Source: Candidatus Adlerbacteria bacterium
Lineage (GTDB): Bacteria; Patescibacteriota; Minisyncoccia; Phycocordibacterales; SBAW01
DNA length: 64,000 nucleotides
NCBI GenBank assembly: GCA_903851045.1
Contig: CAINNF010000023.1
Location: forward strand, 202 to 64,201
Direction of reading: 5' to 3'
Part shown: positions 22,486-31,921 of the stretch, in pieces
How the letters are laid out: each line of letters begins with the position of its first letter
Position numbering within the stretch: position 1 is the first letter of the stretch
Notes under the pieces: generated by a model
What the model saw: only the letters and a program-made list of their open reading frames with translations
The model's database searches: none
Told to the model about the DNA's origin: nothing
Made by a program: the position numbers and the translations under genes

Positions 22486-23018
22486 TAGGTCCGGACGGTC
22501 ATTGCATACGTAATGACCCCGCTGGCAGGAACCGAGAACGAGATCTTCTCTATATCGATGAGACGCAGACTGTGCTCGAGGTCTTGTACAAAGGCTATGA
22601 AATCATCGTAGTTCGCGGTGCCGACCGCGAACCCGATATCCATGGACCCGATCGGGTTAGCCGCCCCCGCATCCGCAGGAGCATCCTTTGACTGCGAAAT
22701 GTCACCGATATCGACGTTCGAAAGTACGAGATTGTGGTGTGCCGCGATACTGTTGATATTGATAATGAATCGGATATTGTCGACGTTCTCTGGAAGAATA
22801 CTCTGCAATTTATTAAGATCGGTCGTTGAGAACGAGTTCCGCTTGGCAAGCAACTGGTCGCGCACGGTATGTAGCTCTTTTGCTTTATTCAATGCATCAT
22901 CATACGAATTGTTCCGCATCTGCAGGTCCTTGATCTGCTGGTAGGTCGGGTTCGTGAACATAACGAACAATCCGATAGCTGCCGCGATAAGTATGAATGG
23001 TGCAAAAAGACGTGCCAT
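22473..23018 (-). CDS. pilO: PilO-like protein
   Basis: TM + coiled coil, ILP, LEHSLRLIDI; operon position. Confidence 0.75.
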   Translation of the reverse strand: MARLFAPFILIAAAIGLFVMFTNPTYQQIKDLQMRNNSYDDALNKAKELHTVRDQLLAKRNSFSTTDLNKLQSILPENVDNIRFIININSIAAHHNLVLSNVDIGDISQSKDAPADAGAANPIGSMDIGFAVGTANYDDFIAFVQDLEHSLRLIDIEKISFSVPASGVITYAMTVRTYWLH

Positions 23019-23021
23019 AGA

Positions 23022-23720
23022 TTATTGGGATGTGGGCAACCCCTGTGCCGCACTGTTCGTGGAAGCGGCGGCTGGTGTTGGAGCACTGTTCGATGGTGAT
23101 GGTGAAGGCGAAGGTGAAGCCCCTCCTGGCGACGTCGCGAGATTCTTCGCATAGCTTAACAATGAAGGATCAACATCGGCTCGTACGCTAAAGGTGACCT
23201 GACCAGCCCCATTGACCACGATACCTGAAAAGACGACATTCTTCAGTAACTTGCTCGCACCGAGTTGATCGCTTTGTAGTGCCACGGTCGCGAACCCGTC
23301 CGCAACACCGTTCAAACTGATACTCGCAGCCCCAGTATTTTGCAAATCGTAGGAAAAACTGGTGAATTGTACGTTCTGCAACGTTTGCTGGGCAAGAAAA
23401 TTGAAGACCGAGATCACGGTCGAGTGCTTTTGGAGCAAAGCTTCCGTGTTGTTGATACGGCTGTCGAGCCGCACGAGGTCTTGGATGGTAGAAGGGTCGA
23501 AGGCGGCTTCTGCCTTTTGCAGTGTATCGCTTTTGGTGACAATGGAACTTTGTAGAATATTTTTAAACACGAACGCTCCTCCTGCGGCACAGAGCGACGC
23601 GATAAAGAAAAGGATGGACACAAGCACAAAGAACATACCGAACGCAGCCCCGCTCGCGTGCATATTCGAACCAGTAAGCGGCTTCTTCGGTATGAACGAT
23701 GGTTGAACCTGAGTATCCAT
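23022..23720 (-). CDS. pilN: PilN-like protein
   Basis: SFIPKKP N-terminus, TM, coiled coil; operon position. Confidence 0.7.
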   Translation of the reverse strand: MDTQVQPSFIPKKPLTGSNMHASGAAFGMFFVLVSILFFIASLCAAGGAFVFKNILQSSIVTKSDTLQKAEAAFDPSTIQDLVRLDSRINNTEALLQKHSTVISVFNFLAQQTLQNVQFTSFSYDLQNTGAASISLNGVADGFATVALQSDQLGASKLLKNVVFSGIVVNGAGQVTFSVRADVDPSLLSYAKNLATSPGGASPSPSPSPSNSAPTPAAASTNSAAQGLPTSQ

Positions 23721-23791
23721 GTATTACCTAGTATATCCTTAATTGCAAGAAACCGTATGCACAATCCACATCCGCCACTCGATCCCCATCT

Positions 23792-26263
23792 CTACATCCC
23801 CGCTAACACTCCGCGTGTCAGTGGCCCGACGATACCAGTGGGATCGATATTGTGTGCCTTTTGGAATCGTATGACGGCCGCACGAGTCGCGGGACCGAAG
23901 GTCGTCGTCTCGTGTCCTAACGAGCCGGCACCCGTCGTCGCGATGCTGAAGCCAAGATGATTGAGCAGTTGTTGGAGCACGAGTACTTGCACGTCATGCA
24001 TGCCAAAGCTGAGACGTTTCGTGATACTCATAGAGATCTTCTCAGCGCTCGGAGAAGAGGTTAAGCCGGTCGTAGCAGTGGGCGCATTGAGATACACGAT
24101 ATGACCATCAGGATAGATGATCTGGAGGCGTGCGGTGAGCTGTTTGAAACTGGCCGAGGACGGAGCGAGCCCGCCACTGTCGACGATGAATCCGCCTCCA
24201 GCATGGAGGGTGTTCGTAACGGATACTGGCGCAGGCGTCACGGTGATAGTGCGCGTCGTCGATGTCGCGTTCCCCGCCGTGTCCGAAACGGTGTACGTGC
24301 GAGTGTAAGTACCCGCGGTCGTCGTGTCGAGCGTGCCTGTTGTGGTGATGAGTGCCGTGAGCGTGCCATCACGGGTGTCTTGTGCGTTCGCACCGGGGTC
24401 CGAGTAACTGCCCCCAGCGACGAGAGTGTCGGGATTGATGCCAAGGAGCGTGATAGTGGGCGCCGTCTTGTCGAATGTGACGGTACTGGCGTTGGTAGTG
24501 GCGGAGACGGTGGTCGTCGCGGAGCCGTCGGTGTTCCCTACGATTATGGAGAATGTGATACTCCCTTCCGTGTCCCCACTCGCGAGCGCAGCGGACGCGC
24601 TCCACGAATTGCCGCCCGTATTGAGTATGGTCGCTGTGTGTACACCAATAGTGCCCGTTGGGGTGACGAGCGCCACCTGGTCGGAGGTAAAGGAGACCGT
24701 GACCGTATCGCCCACTTTAGCGAGCGTCGTGGAGGCGTTGCTGGAGGTGACGGTGACGGGGGTGACGACCGGGGTGCCGTAGAAGAGCCAGTTGGTGTTG
24801 TTGGTACTGTTGGTGCCGTGCAGACCAGCGGTCGCGATGGGCGTACTGTTGGTATTGTTGGAATCCTCCACATCGAGGTACGAGAGGGTGCGAGTACTCT
24901 GTGGATTTATCTTCCATTGCGTGCCGGTGGAGGAAGAGCGTAGGGAGAGAATGTTGCTTGCCGCACCCTGCGCTGTCCAGGTGTTCGTAACCGTTTGTGT
25001 TTGGTTCGCACTGAAGGTAAGGGTGTCGGTGGTGGCGGTCGTCTTGGTAAGATTGTAGAAGGTGGATGTTCCCGTGATCTGTTGGTTGGTTCCGTTGAGC
25101 GTGACGGTGCTCGTGCGCGGCACAAAAAGGTTGGTGCCACCCTGCCAATGACCCGCGAGCGTGATCGGGCAGGACACACCTGCGCAACCATTCGTCGAAG
25201 CGTCCAATGTACCGGAGGTGAGTGCAAGATTGCCAGAGAGTGAAAGACCCGATCCCACGAGCGTAAGGGTCTGTGCACCAACGTTGACGGTTACGTTCTT
25301 CAGTAGTGTGCCAGGACTCGTCGTGGCAAAGCTCGGGCCAGTCGTGCCAGCGAACGTGAGCGTACCGGTGTGCGTAAAGGTGCCCGCGGTCTGATTAAAG
25401 TTACCGTTGACCGTGATATTGGTCGAGGTTGCCCAACTGCCGCTGCCGGTAAAGGAGAGGTTAGCGTACGTGGCACCCGCCTTCAGAGCGTTGTAGATGC
25501 CCGAGCCATAGTATTCGACGGTCGAACCGGTGTTCAGTGTCGGGGTAGAGACCGACTCATTACCCTGCAAACGTAGGGTGCCTGTGGAGGAGACGGTGAC
25601 ACCGCCTGAGGGCGTGAAGGGGAACCCATTAAGGTTTAACGTTCCGCTGACCATGAGGGGGACGGGAGTCGTCGTCATTCCCGAGAGTGTCGCGGCGCAG
25701 CCCGTACCAAGAGTGAAGCTCTGGTTGGCGTTGGTCATAGCAAGATTCACCAACCCGGGAAAGCTGCCTATGCAGCTGATGTTATTTGTTGCATAAAAGT
25801 TATTACTCGCAAAGCTCACCACTCGTGTGCTCGAGGCGTTATAGGCCCCCAAGATCGTGACATCTGACGTGCCAGTGAGCGTTGTTGTTCCTGTCCCTGC
25901 ATTAAGAATGCCGCCGCCGTTGATAGTTATATTGCCGCCTACGGTAACGGTGGTGCCAAAATTAACGACCCCTCCATTATTGATGGTGAGGTCACTCATA
26001 GTGGTCGCTGAGCCGAAGCGGATCGTGCCATTGTCGACAAAATTCTTTGAGCTGTTCGTCGTGTCTGTCGTGTTGATGGTACATCCGGCACCAATAGTCA
26101 CCGTACCGCTGCTAGCAAAGCTCACCAAACCGGGGAAGGTGCCGACACAATTGAATGGAGCGCTGTAGATGTCAGGGAAACTCAACGTCACGCCGGTCGC
26201 GTTAAATGTACCTCCTGTATTTTGAGTATACCCATTACCTGTTGCGCTACCATAGAACGACAT
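23792..26263 (-). CDS. Large Thr/Gly-rich surface protein, C-terminal part (beta-helix repeats, Ig-like DUF5011-like domain, peptidoglycan-binding domain)
   Basis: DKTAPTITLLG..YSDPGA..YTVSD Ig module; VLVLQQLLN..FGPATRAAVIRFQ..GIVGPLTR peptidoglycan-binding motif. Confidence 0.75.
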   Translation of the reverse strand: MSFYGSATGNGYTQNTGGTFNATGVTLSFPDIYSAPFNCVGTFPGLVSFASSGTVTIGAGCTINTTDTTNSSKNFVDNGTIRFGSATTMSDLTINNGGVVNFGTTVTVGGNITINGGGILNAGTGTTTLTGTSDVTILGAYNASSTRVVSFASNNFYATNNISCIGSFPGLVNLAMTNANQSFTLGTGCAATLSGMTTTPVPLMVSGTLNLNGFPFTPSGGVTVSSTGTLRLQGNESVSTPTLNTGSTVEYYGSGIYNALKAGATYANLSFTGSGSWATSTNITVNGNFNQTAGTFTHTGTLTFAGTTGPSFATTSPGTLLKNVTVNVGAQTLTLVGSGLSLSGNLALTSGTLDASTNGCAGVSCPITLAGHWQGGTNLFVPRTSTVTLNGTNQQITGTSTFYNLTKTTATTDTLTFSANQTQTVTNTWTAQGAASNILSLRSSSTGTQWKINPQSTRTLSYLDVEDSNNTNSTPIATAGLHGTNSTNNTNWLFYGTPVVTPVTVTSSNASTTLAKVGDTVTVSFTSDQVALVTPTGTIGVHTATILNTGGNSWSASAALASGDTEGSITFSIIVGNTDGSATTTVSATTNASTVTFDKTAPTITLLGINPDTLVAGGSYSDPGANAQDTRDGTLTALITTTGTLDTTTAGTYTRTYTVSDTAGNATSTTRTITVTPAPVSVTNTLHAGGGFIVDSGGLAPSSASFKQLTARLQIIYPDGHIVYLNAPTATTGLTSSPSAEKISMSITKRLSFGMHDVQVLVLQQLLNHLGFSIATTGAGSLGHETTTFGPATRAAVIRFQKAHNIDPTGIVGPLTRGVLAGM

Positions 26264-27059
26264 GGGTGGTGCCGGACGTGGTCACAGTGCCGCCGTTATT
26301 GATAGTGAGACCACCAAGAACAACGGTCGTACCAAAGTGGACGGTACCGTTGACTGCGAAGACGGGATGCGTGCCTCCGCCAGCAGTGCCGGTAGTATCC
26401 GCGGTATTGATGGTGCAGCCAGCACCGACAGTTAGTCCTCCGTTACCGGTCACACTCACTGTCCCAGGGAAGGTACCGGTGCAGGTAAAAACACTACCGC
26501 TGTAAATGTCAGGAAACTGCATAACTCGCGTACTCGAAGCATTATAGGTACTGCCCGTACTATTAAAACTCTGACCATTCATAAAAGCAGTGGTTCCTGC
26601 ACCCGCATTAACCACACCTCCGGAGACAATGAGACTACCTGACCACATAGTAAGTCCGCTCGTCCCCTGGTCGAACGTACCTGCCGCCTGAGTAAACGAG
26701 GTATTGATGGTCATATCACGCTGCTGCACAATCGTGCCAGTGTAGCCGGTGTTGATTGAGAAGCCATAGATAGTACTCGGTGCGGAGCTGTCGATAATTG
26801 AGTCTTTGGTCGAGGTATTATTGAAGACGACCGAGTCGCCCGAACCAGGGCAAGAACCGCCGACCCAGTTGGCGCAGTCCGACCAGTTTTTCGTCGCGCC
26901 CCCTCCGCCCCAGGTGATGGTCGCAGCATGCGCAGCAGACGGCATATATGCAGCCGAAAGAACAAGCAGCACAGCGCCAAGCAACAGCCTTGCCACCACA
27001 ACAAGGGCCATCTTTTTATCAAACGCAGTGAATATCATATCGATCCTTAGTTCTAACAC
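26247..27059 (-). CDS. N-terminal part of the same surface protein (signal peptide AHA/A), frameshifted at about 26264
   Basis: Signal peptide, TWGGGG..NWSDCANW; shares the FPDIYS..C.GTFPG..GAGCTINT repeat with the downstream ORF. Confidence 0.7.
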   Translation of the reverse strand: MLELRIDMIFTAFDKKMALVVVARLLLGAVLLVLSAAYMPSAAHAATITWGGGGATKNWSDCANWVGGSCPGSGDSVVFNNTSTKDSIIDSSAPSTIYGFSINTGYTGTIVQQRDMTINTSFTQAAGTFDQGTSGLTMWSGSLIVSGGVVNAGAGTTAFMNGQSFNSTGSTYNASSTRVMQFPDIYSGSVFTCTGTFPGTVSVTGNGGLTVGAGCTINTADTTGTAGGGTHPVFAVNGTVHFGTTVVLGGLTINNGGTVTTSGTTHVVLW

Positions 27060-27061
27060 GA

Positions 27062-28153
27062 CTACCCCATCTCCTGGAGGCGACGCAATGCTAACCCGAC
27101 CGCGACCGAGAATTCGGGACCCGCTTCCTTGAGGATCTTCTCGAGAAAGGCTGGCGCTTGCGATTTGCTGAAGGGATCCGCCAAGAACACTTCGGTCGGG
27201 ATCTTACCCTGCGCATACTCGAGCATCCCCTTGAGCCCTGCACCGCCCCCGGTCAGCACCAACTGACTGATCGACTGGTTGAGCCGCGACTCGTACGCCG
27301 CGATGGTGCGCGACAGTTCGGACAGCAGCGGACTCAGTGACAGGGTGAACGACTCAGCAAGCTTCGCCTCTGCGGGGATAGTGTTGTCGGTCGCGCCGAG
27401 TCCGAACTTGCGCTTCCACTCCTCGGCCTGCGTCACCGAGACGCCGAGCGCCCGAGACGCCGACAGCGTGAGATCCTGACTGCCGTGACTGATGATATGA
27501 CTCTCGCGGATGAGCCCTCGTTCGACGACATAGAACTTGGTCGTTGCGGCGCCCATATCAACGACCGCGACTGGCGCGATTCCGTGTTCGAGGGCGGCAC
27601 GCACCGCACTGAACACCTCTATTTCGAAGAATGCGACCGTGAGTCCCGCATCGCTCGCTATGTCTCGAAACTTCGCGATTGTGTCGTTATGTATCGCGAC
27701 CAAAAGCACCTCGATCTTTCCGGTCGGTTCGGTCTTACTGTCGGCACCGACCACGAACCAGTCGAGCATCACCTCGTTGATAGGTACGGGGATATACTTG
27801 CGCGCTTCGATCGGCACCACTTGGGCGAGCTGCTTCTCCACCGATGCAGGTAGCTTGAGTATGGATATGAGACTGGATGCATAGGGAATGGAGAGCGACG
27901 CGTTCTGGACCGTCACGTTCGCTTCGCGGATGACATCTTTGAGCGCTTCTGCTATCTTCTCGGCAGGCAAAGAGGTCGCCCGGCCGATCTCGACGCCTGC
28001 GTAGGGCCCGAGCGCTATGGCGCCGTACGTTTCCAGGAGTACTCGGCCATGCTCGCGTTTGAGCTGCACCACCTTGATAGAAGAGGTGCCGATGTCTACG
28101 CCAAGCACGCTGCTGGATTCTTTTTGAAAGAATGTTGAGAGATTAAACGCCAT
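27062..28153 (-). CDS. pilM: Type IV pilus assembly protein PilM
   Basis: GVDIGTSSIKVVQL, EARKYIP, LTGGGA, AVGLALR. Confidence 0.93.
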   Translation of the reverse strand: MAFNLSTFFQKESSSVLGVDIGTSSIKVVQLKREHGRVLLETYGAIALGPYAGVEIGRATSLPAEKIAEALKDVIREANVTVQNASLSIPYASSLISILKLPASVEKQLAQVVPIEARKYIPVPINEVMLDWFVVGADSKTEPTGKIEVLLVAIHNDTIAKFRDIASDAGLTVAFFEIEVFSAVRAALEHGIAPVAVVDMGAATTKFYVVERGLIRESHIISHGSQDLTLSASRALGVSVTQAEEWKRKFGLGATDNTIPAEAKLAESFTLSLSPLLSELSRTIAAYESRLNQSISQLVLTGGGAGLKGMLEYAQGKIPTEVFLADPFSKSQAPAFLEKILKEAGPEFSVAVGLALRRLQEMG

Positions 28154-28185
28154 ACGAAGGAGCTGTACAAAATAGTATATCACCT

Positions 28186-28806
28186 ATGACCCGCCTCTTT
28201 TTACAGTTCTTTTCATACCTGCGCGATACGCTTGTCCCACAGCGACGAACCGAGCGCCTGATCGCGCCGCTCACACAGGAAGACGTGTTGGACTTGCGAG
28301 ATCCACGCACAGGCGCGCTCCCCTACCAGGACGAGCGTGTGCGTGCGCTCGTGTGGGAGGTGAAATACTACGCTAACCACCATGCGGTATCTTTGTGCGG
28401 TCCGGTCCTCGCCGAAGCGCTGTTGGGGGTCGGCAGCGAGTCGCTCGGTACACCGCTACTCATACCTGTCCCTATACATCCATCACGCCGCAAAAAGCGC
28501 GGACACAACCAGACCGAACTGCTCGCCCGGGCGGCGCTCGCCCACACGGGCGACTCGTTCGAATATGCGCCCGACCTGCTCATTCGCACACGCACCACCA
28601 CCCAACAACAAGGTCTGCCGCGGCACACACGCCAGACCAACGTCGCGCGGTCGATGGCAGTCGTCCATCCAGAACGAGTGAGGGGTCGCTCTTGTGTCGT
28701 GCTTGATGATGTCATGACGACTGGCGCGACACTTGCAGAGGCTGCACGTGCACTACACGCGGCTGGCGCGTGCAGTGTCGAGTTCGTCGCACTAGCTCAC
28801 TCCTGA
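28186..28806 (+). CDS. comF: ComF-family competence protein (PRTase)
   Basis: PVPIH..R.KRGHNQ, VLDDVMTTGATL. Confidence 0.88.
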   Translation: MTRLFLQFFSYLRDTLVPQRRTERLIAPLTQEDVLDLRDPRTGALPYQDERVRALVWEVKYYANHHAVSLCGPVLAEALLGVGSESLGTPLLIPVPIHPSRRKKRGHNQTELLARAALAHTGDSFEYAPDLLIRTRTTTQQQGLPRHTRQTNVARSMAVVHPERVRGRSCVVLDDVMTTGATLAEAARALHAAGACSVEFVALAHS

Positions 28807-28831
28807 CAGTGCTCCTTCGTGACCATCGTGG

Positions 28832-30115
28832 TCACGGTTTGGTGTAGTGATCGACGATCTTGACCAGGCGCGCTCGCACTCGCTCGGTGAAGGACAGCTG
28901 CCGGGTCAGGTGCGCGAACAGGTGTCGCTCGGTGCCCGGCATACCCTCAGGGACCTCTTGGTATTCGAACGAAAGACATTCTTTCAACCGAGCCGTCACC
29001 GCTTCCCGCGTCGGGATGATCTGTTTTTGGAGTAGGAGCCCCGCATTGACCCGAAAAAGTTCGCGCATACCCGGCGTTTCGTTCATGGTACGGATTGCCG
29101 AAACAATGGTGTCGGCGGTAGGTCGCGAGACGAGAAAACCATTGACATTGTTGTTCAATAGCCGCTCCGACACGACACTGTGCGTGGCTATCACCGGTGC
29201 TAGACCGGTCGCCACCACCCGAACGAGCATCGTATCTTCCGCCTCGCCACCGTTGAGGTATAGGAAGGCATTCGCGTTCGTGAACGGTAGGGACCCGAGC
29301 GGTACGACCTCGAAACGGATCCAGCTTTGTGCCCTCCAACGTTCCACTTCGGTACGTTGACCGAGCGTCGGCGCCCGGTCGAGCATGACGACGAGTCCGG
29401 ACTTCGGATAGGTTTGACGAAGCATCGACATGGATTCGAGCATCAAACCGAGGGTGCCACTCCCTCGCGGCACATAGTGCAACACGATGAAGTTGAACTC
29501 GGGATACCGCTGTTTGATATCCGTAGTGGTGCCGACTCGTGGCGCGACGTATATTTCTGGGAACGGCAGTATCTTCGACCGTTCTTCGTCGGTACTGGCC
29601 GCATGTTGGGTATAGATGGTCACTCGTTCGGAGAATGTAATGATGCGAAACGCGTTCTTAAACAGGTCCTTCAGGGGTACGACGGTATACCTCCTGAACA
29701 ATCGCCATAACGAGGGCTCGATGTCCCAATAAAAGTCGTGGAGCGCGACCATCCACACACGTCCGTACCGTGCGGCGACAGACAGTCCGAGCCAGCCCGC
29801 CATGCCGGCATCATCGGAAAGTATGACGTCCGCATGTAACTCGTCTTGCCAGAGCACTTGGTGACGGATGACCGATCGTCCATCGATATAGAACAGGAAT
29901 CGAAAAAAGGAGTTCGTTGGATATATCCATGTATGCTCGTTCAGTTTTTGGTTTTGGAACCCTCGCGAACGTTTCGCGAACACGACCACATGGAGCGACT
30001 CGGAAACATCGCTCATCATCTTGAGCAATTCGCGCTGCTCGCTCGTCTCTTCCAGATACCGATCATCCGGGGTAATGAATAGTATGTGCATACACCCCAA
30101 GTATGACAGAAACAA
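28832..30115 (-). CDS. Divergent GT-B (family 4-like) glycosyltransferase
   Basis: PVIAT...NNVNGFLV C-terminal pattern; catalytic motifs degenerate. Confidence 0.55.
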   Translation of the reverse strand: MFLSYLGCMHILFITPDDRYLEETSEQRELLKMMSDVSESLHVVVFAKRSRGFQNQKLNEHTWIYPTNSFFRFLFYIDGRSVIRHQVLWQDELHADVILSDDAGMAGWLGLSVAARYGRVWMVALHDFYWDIEPSLWRLFRRYTVVPLKDLFKNAFRIITFSERVTIYTQHAASTDEERSKILPFPEIYVAPRVGTTTDIKQRYPEFNFIVLHYVPRGSGTLGLMLESMSMLRQTYPKSGLVVMLDRAPTLGQRTEVERWRAQSWIRFEVVPLGSLPFTNANAFLYLNGGEAEDTMLVRVVATGLAPVIATHSVVSERLLNNNVNGFLVSRPTADTIVSAIRTMNETPGMRELFRVNAGLLLQKQIIPTREAVTARLKECLSFEYQEVPEGMPGTERHLFAHLTRQLSFTERVRARLVKIVDHYTKP

Positions 30116-30191
30116 ACGTTTTTAGCGCGACCGTAAGTCACACCCTCCGGTCGTACAAAAAAGACCGCCCTTATAGGGCGGAGTTGGGAAC

Positions 30192-30431
30192 CTAGCGGAT
30201 CGGCTTGGTGTCGATTGGCTGAGCATGAGACACTGCACCTGGTTTCGTCTCCCCCGCTCCGTTCGACAGCTTTTTGTTCGGCATGACCGAAGGGTGGGGT
30301 GGCTGGACCTGAGCTTCCATCATCTGACGCAGCGTGTAATAGTAATCGATATCGGGAGGACTTGGCATCGGCGTGCCGGATGTATCGTTCATGACCCCCT
30401 CGTCTGCGACTTCGCTACAACGTGTGTACAT
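30192..30431 (-). CDS. Small Pro-rich hypothetical protein
   Basis: ORF followed by the hairpin CCGCCC-TATAA-GGGCGG and a T-run. Confidence 0.35.
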   Translation of the reverse strand: MYTRCSEVADEGVMNDTSGTPMPSPPDIDYYYTLRQMMEAQVQPPHPSVMPNKKLSNGAGETKPGAVSHAQPIDTKPIR

Positions 30432-30534
30432 CGGCCTTTGTTCTACACGAACCCCTGTGTGTGGTCAATGATCAGATGCGGAAAAATCCCAAGTAGTGTA
30501 AGGTAATCTAGTGTCCCACGAGTGCGAAAACGAA

Positions 30535-30621
30535 GGAGAGGTGCCAGAGCGGTCGAATGGAGCAACCTGCTAAGTTGTTGACTGGGTAACCGGTCCGAGG
30601 GTTCGAATCCCTCCCTCTCCG
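30535..30621 (+). tRNA. tRNA-Ser (GCT)
   Basis: GGAGAGG acceptor, GCAAC-CTGCTAA-GTTGT, long variable arm, G73. Confidence 0.93.
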
Positions 30622-30726
30622 CAGCTAGAATTTTGTATCGAACACACGGTGGAACTCAGAGTGCCTGGTTATCTTTGCTAGATCAAAAAACGCCGCCGAC
30701 TCTTCGGAGTCGGCGGCGCGTATCGA

Positions 30727-31293
30727 TCAATGCTCGGTCCTTGTAGGAGGTGCTAGGGTCTCCCCTTCACCTAATACCACCGACTCGAACATCTCCTGGA
30801 CCGTTGTTGCACGTGACGGTCCCGTGAGAACCTCGACCGCTTCGCCAAAGATCTTGTCCATCATCTGGACCGATTCCGGCGGCAAACTTGGTATCGCTTC
30901 CGAGAAGTTCTTCAACCACACTGCCGCACCTTCGACGCCACCTCGCGTCCCGACCAAGATGTCAGGACACGAGAAGAGAAACATAACGGTCTCCGCGGTC
31001 GGCTCTGGCGCATCGCCAGGGACAAGGCGCCGGCGTAAACTAAGATTGAACGACATGGTCACACCATGCTCTTGTTCCGTGAAGCGCAGCAGCTCGATGA
31101 ATCGCACCAGGTTCGGACATGCGACCTGTGCATACACCGCACCGAGCCGAATAAATTCTTCTTCGGGTGTTCTCGGCGCGTTCGGATTGGCGTACCCGAA
31201 TACCGCCACCACCTGCGGCCAAGTTCCTTCCGCCAGCCGCCGTCGAGCGCCTTCGGCGATGCGCCGATGATCTTCTTTTTCATCCACTTCCAT
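30727..31293 (-). CDS. Hypothetical protein
   Basis: 188 aa ORF; terminator CGCCGCCGACT...AGTCGGCGGCG-TTTTTT downstream. Confidence 0.55.
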   Translation of the reverse strand: MEVDEKEDHRRIAEGARRRLAEGTWPQVVAVFGYANPNAPRTPEEEFIRLGAVYAQVACPNLVRFIELLRFTEQEHGVTMSFNLSLRRRLVPGDAPEPTAETVMFLFSCPDILVGTRGGVEGAAVWLKNFSEAIPSLPPESVQMMDKIFGEAVEVLTGPSRATTVQEMFESVVLGEGETLAPPTRTEH

Positions 31294-31536
31294 GGGTAGG
31301 CTCCCAACTAGAATTTGCCAAAGACCTTAGTTTGTGGTGAGAATACCGGATAGATCCATATATGACAAGCGGTGCTTACAAACCGCTCAACTTGGCAACA
31401 CGGATCGTGTGGCACTCATCACGTCGCGTATCGGTTCCTTCTTTTTTCCACAAGCCCCTCTGATCGTACCAAAACGTACCCTCCGGGATGCTGGGGTCTC
31501 GCAAGACCGATAAAAAACCGAGTATACTAATAGGGC

Positions 31537-31920
31537 ATGAAACTAGGACGACTCGTCGCTCGGTACTTCGCATGGCACTACAGCACCGCCTTTGTCGACC
31601 TGTGGCGCGTTTGCACCAACTTTTTGTGGTTCATCTACAACCTCTTCTCCATCTCCTTTCTGCTGGGGACATTGTTCGACCCGTTCGAGCGCATCCGCGC
31701 GGAACATGTCGAGGGAGACATGGGCGACTTCTTTTCGGCGCTCGTCGCCAACACACTCATGCGCATCGTCGGTGCCGTTACCCGACTGTTCGTCATCGTG
31801 ATAGGCATCATACTACTTATCGTCACCCTCATGCTCAGCGTATGCGCCTTCGTCGTGTGGCCCCTGGTGCCGTTCATCATCGTCATCTTACTCACGCTCG
31901 GTATCCCCTTGCTCGCCTAA
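31537..31920 (+). CDS. Membrane protein coupled to the Clp ATPase gene
   Basis: WHY..FSI..LL.TLF.PF, RIVG; hydrophobic; stop 1 nt before the next ATG. Confidence 0.7.
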   Translation: MKLGRLVARYFAWHYSTAFVDLWRVCTNFLWFIYNLFSISFLLGTLFDPFERIRAEHVEGDMGDFFSALVANTLMRIVGAVTRLFVIVIGIILLIVTLMLSVCAFVVWPLVPFIIVILLTLGIPLLA

Positions 31921-31921
31921 T

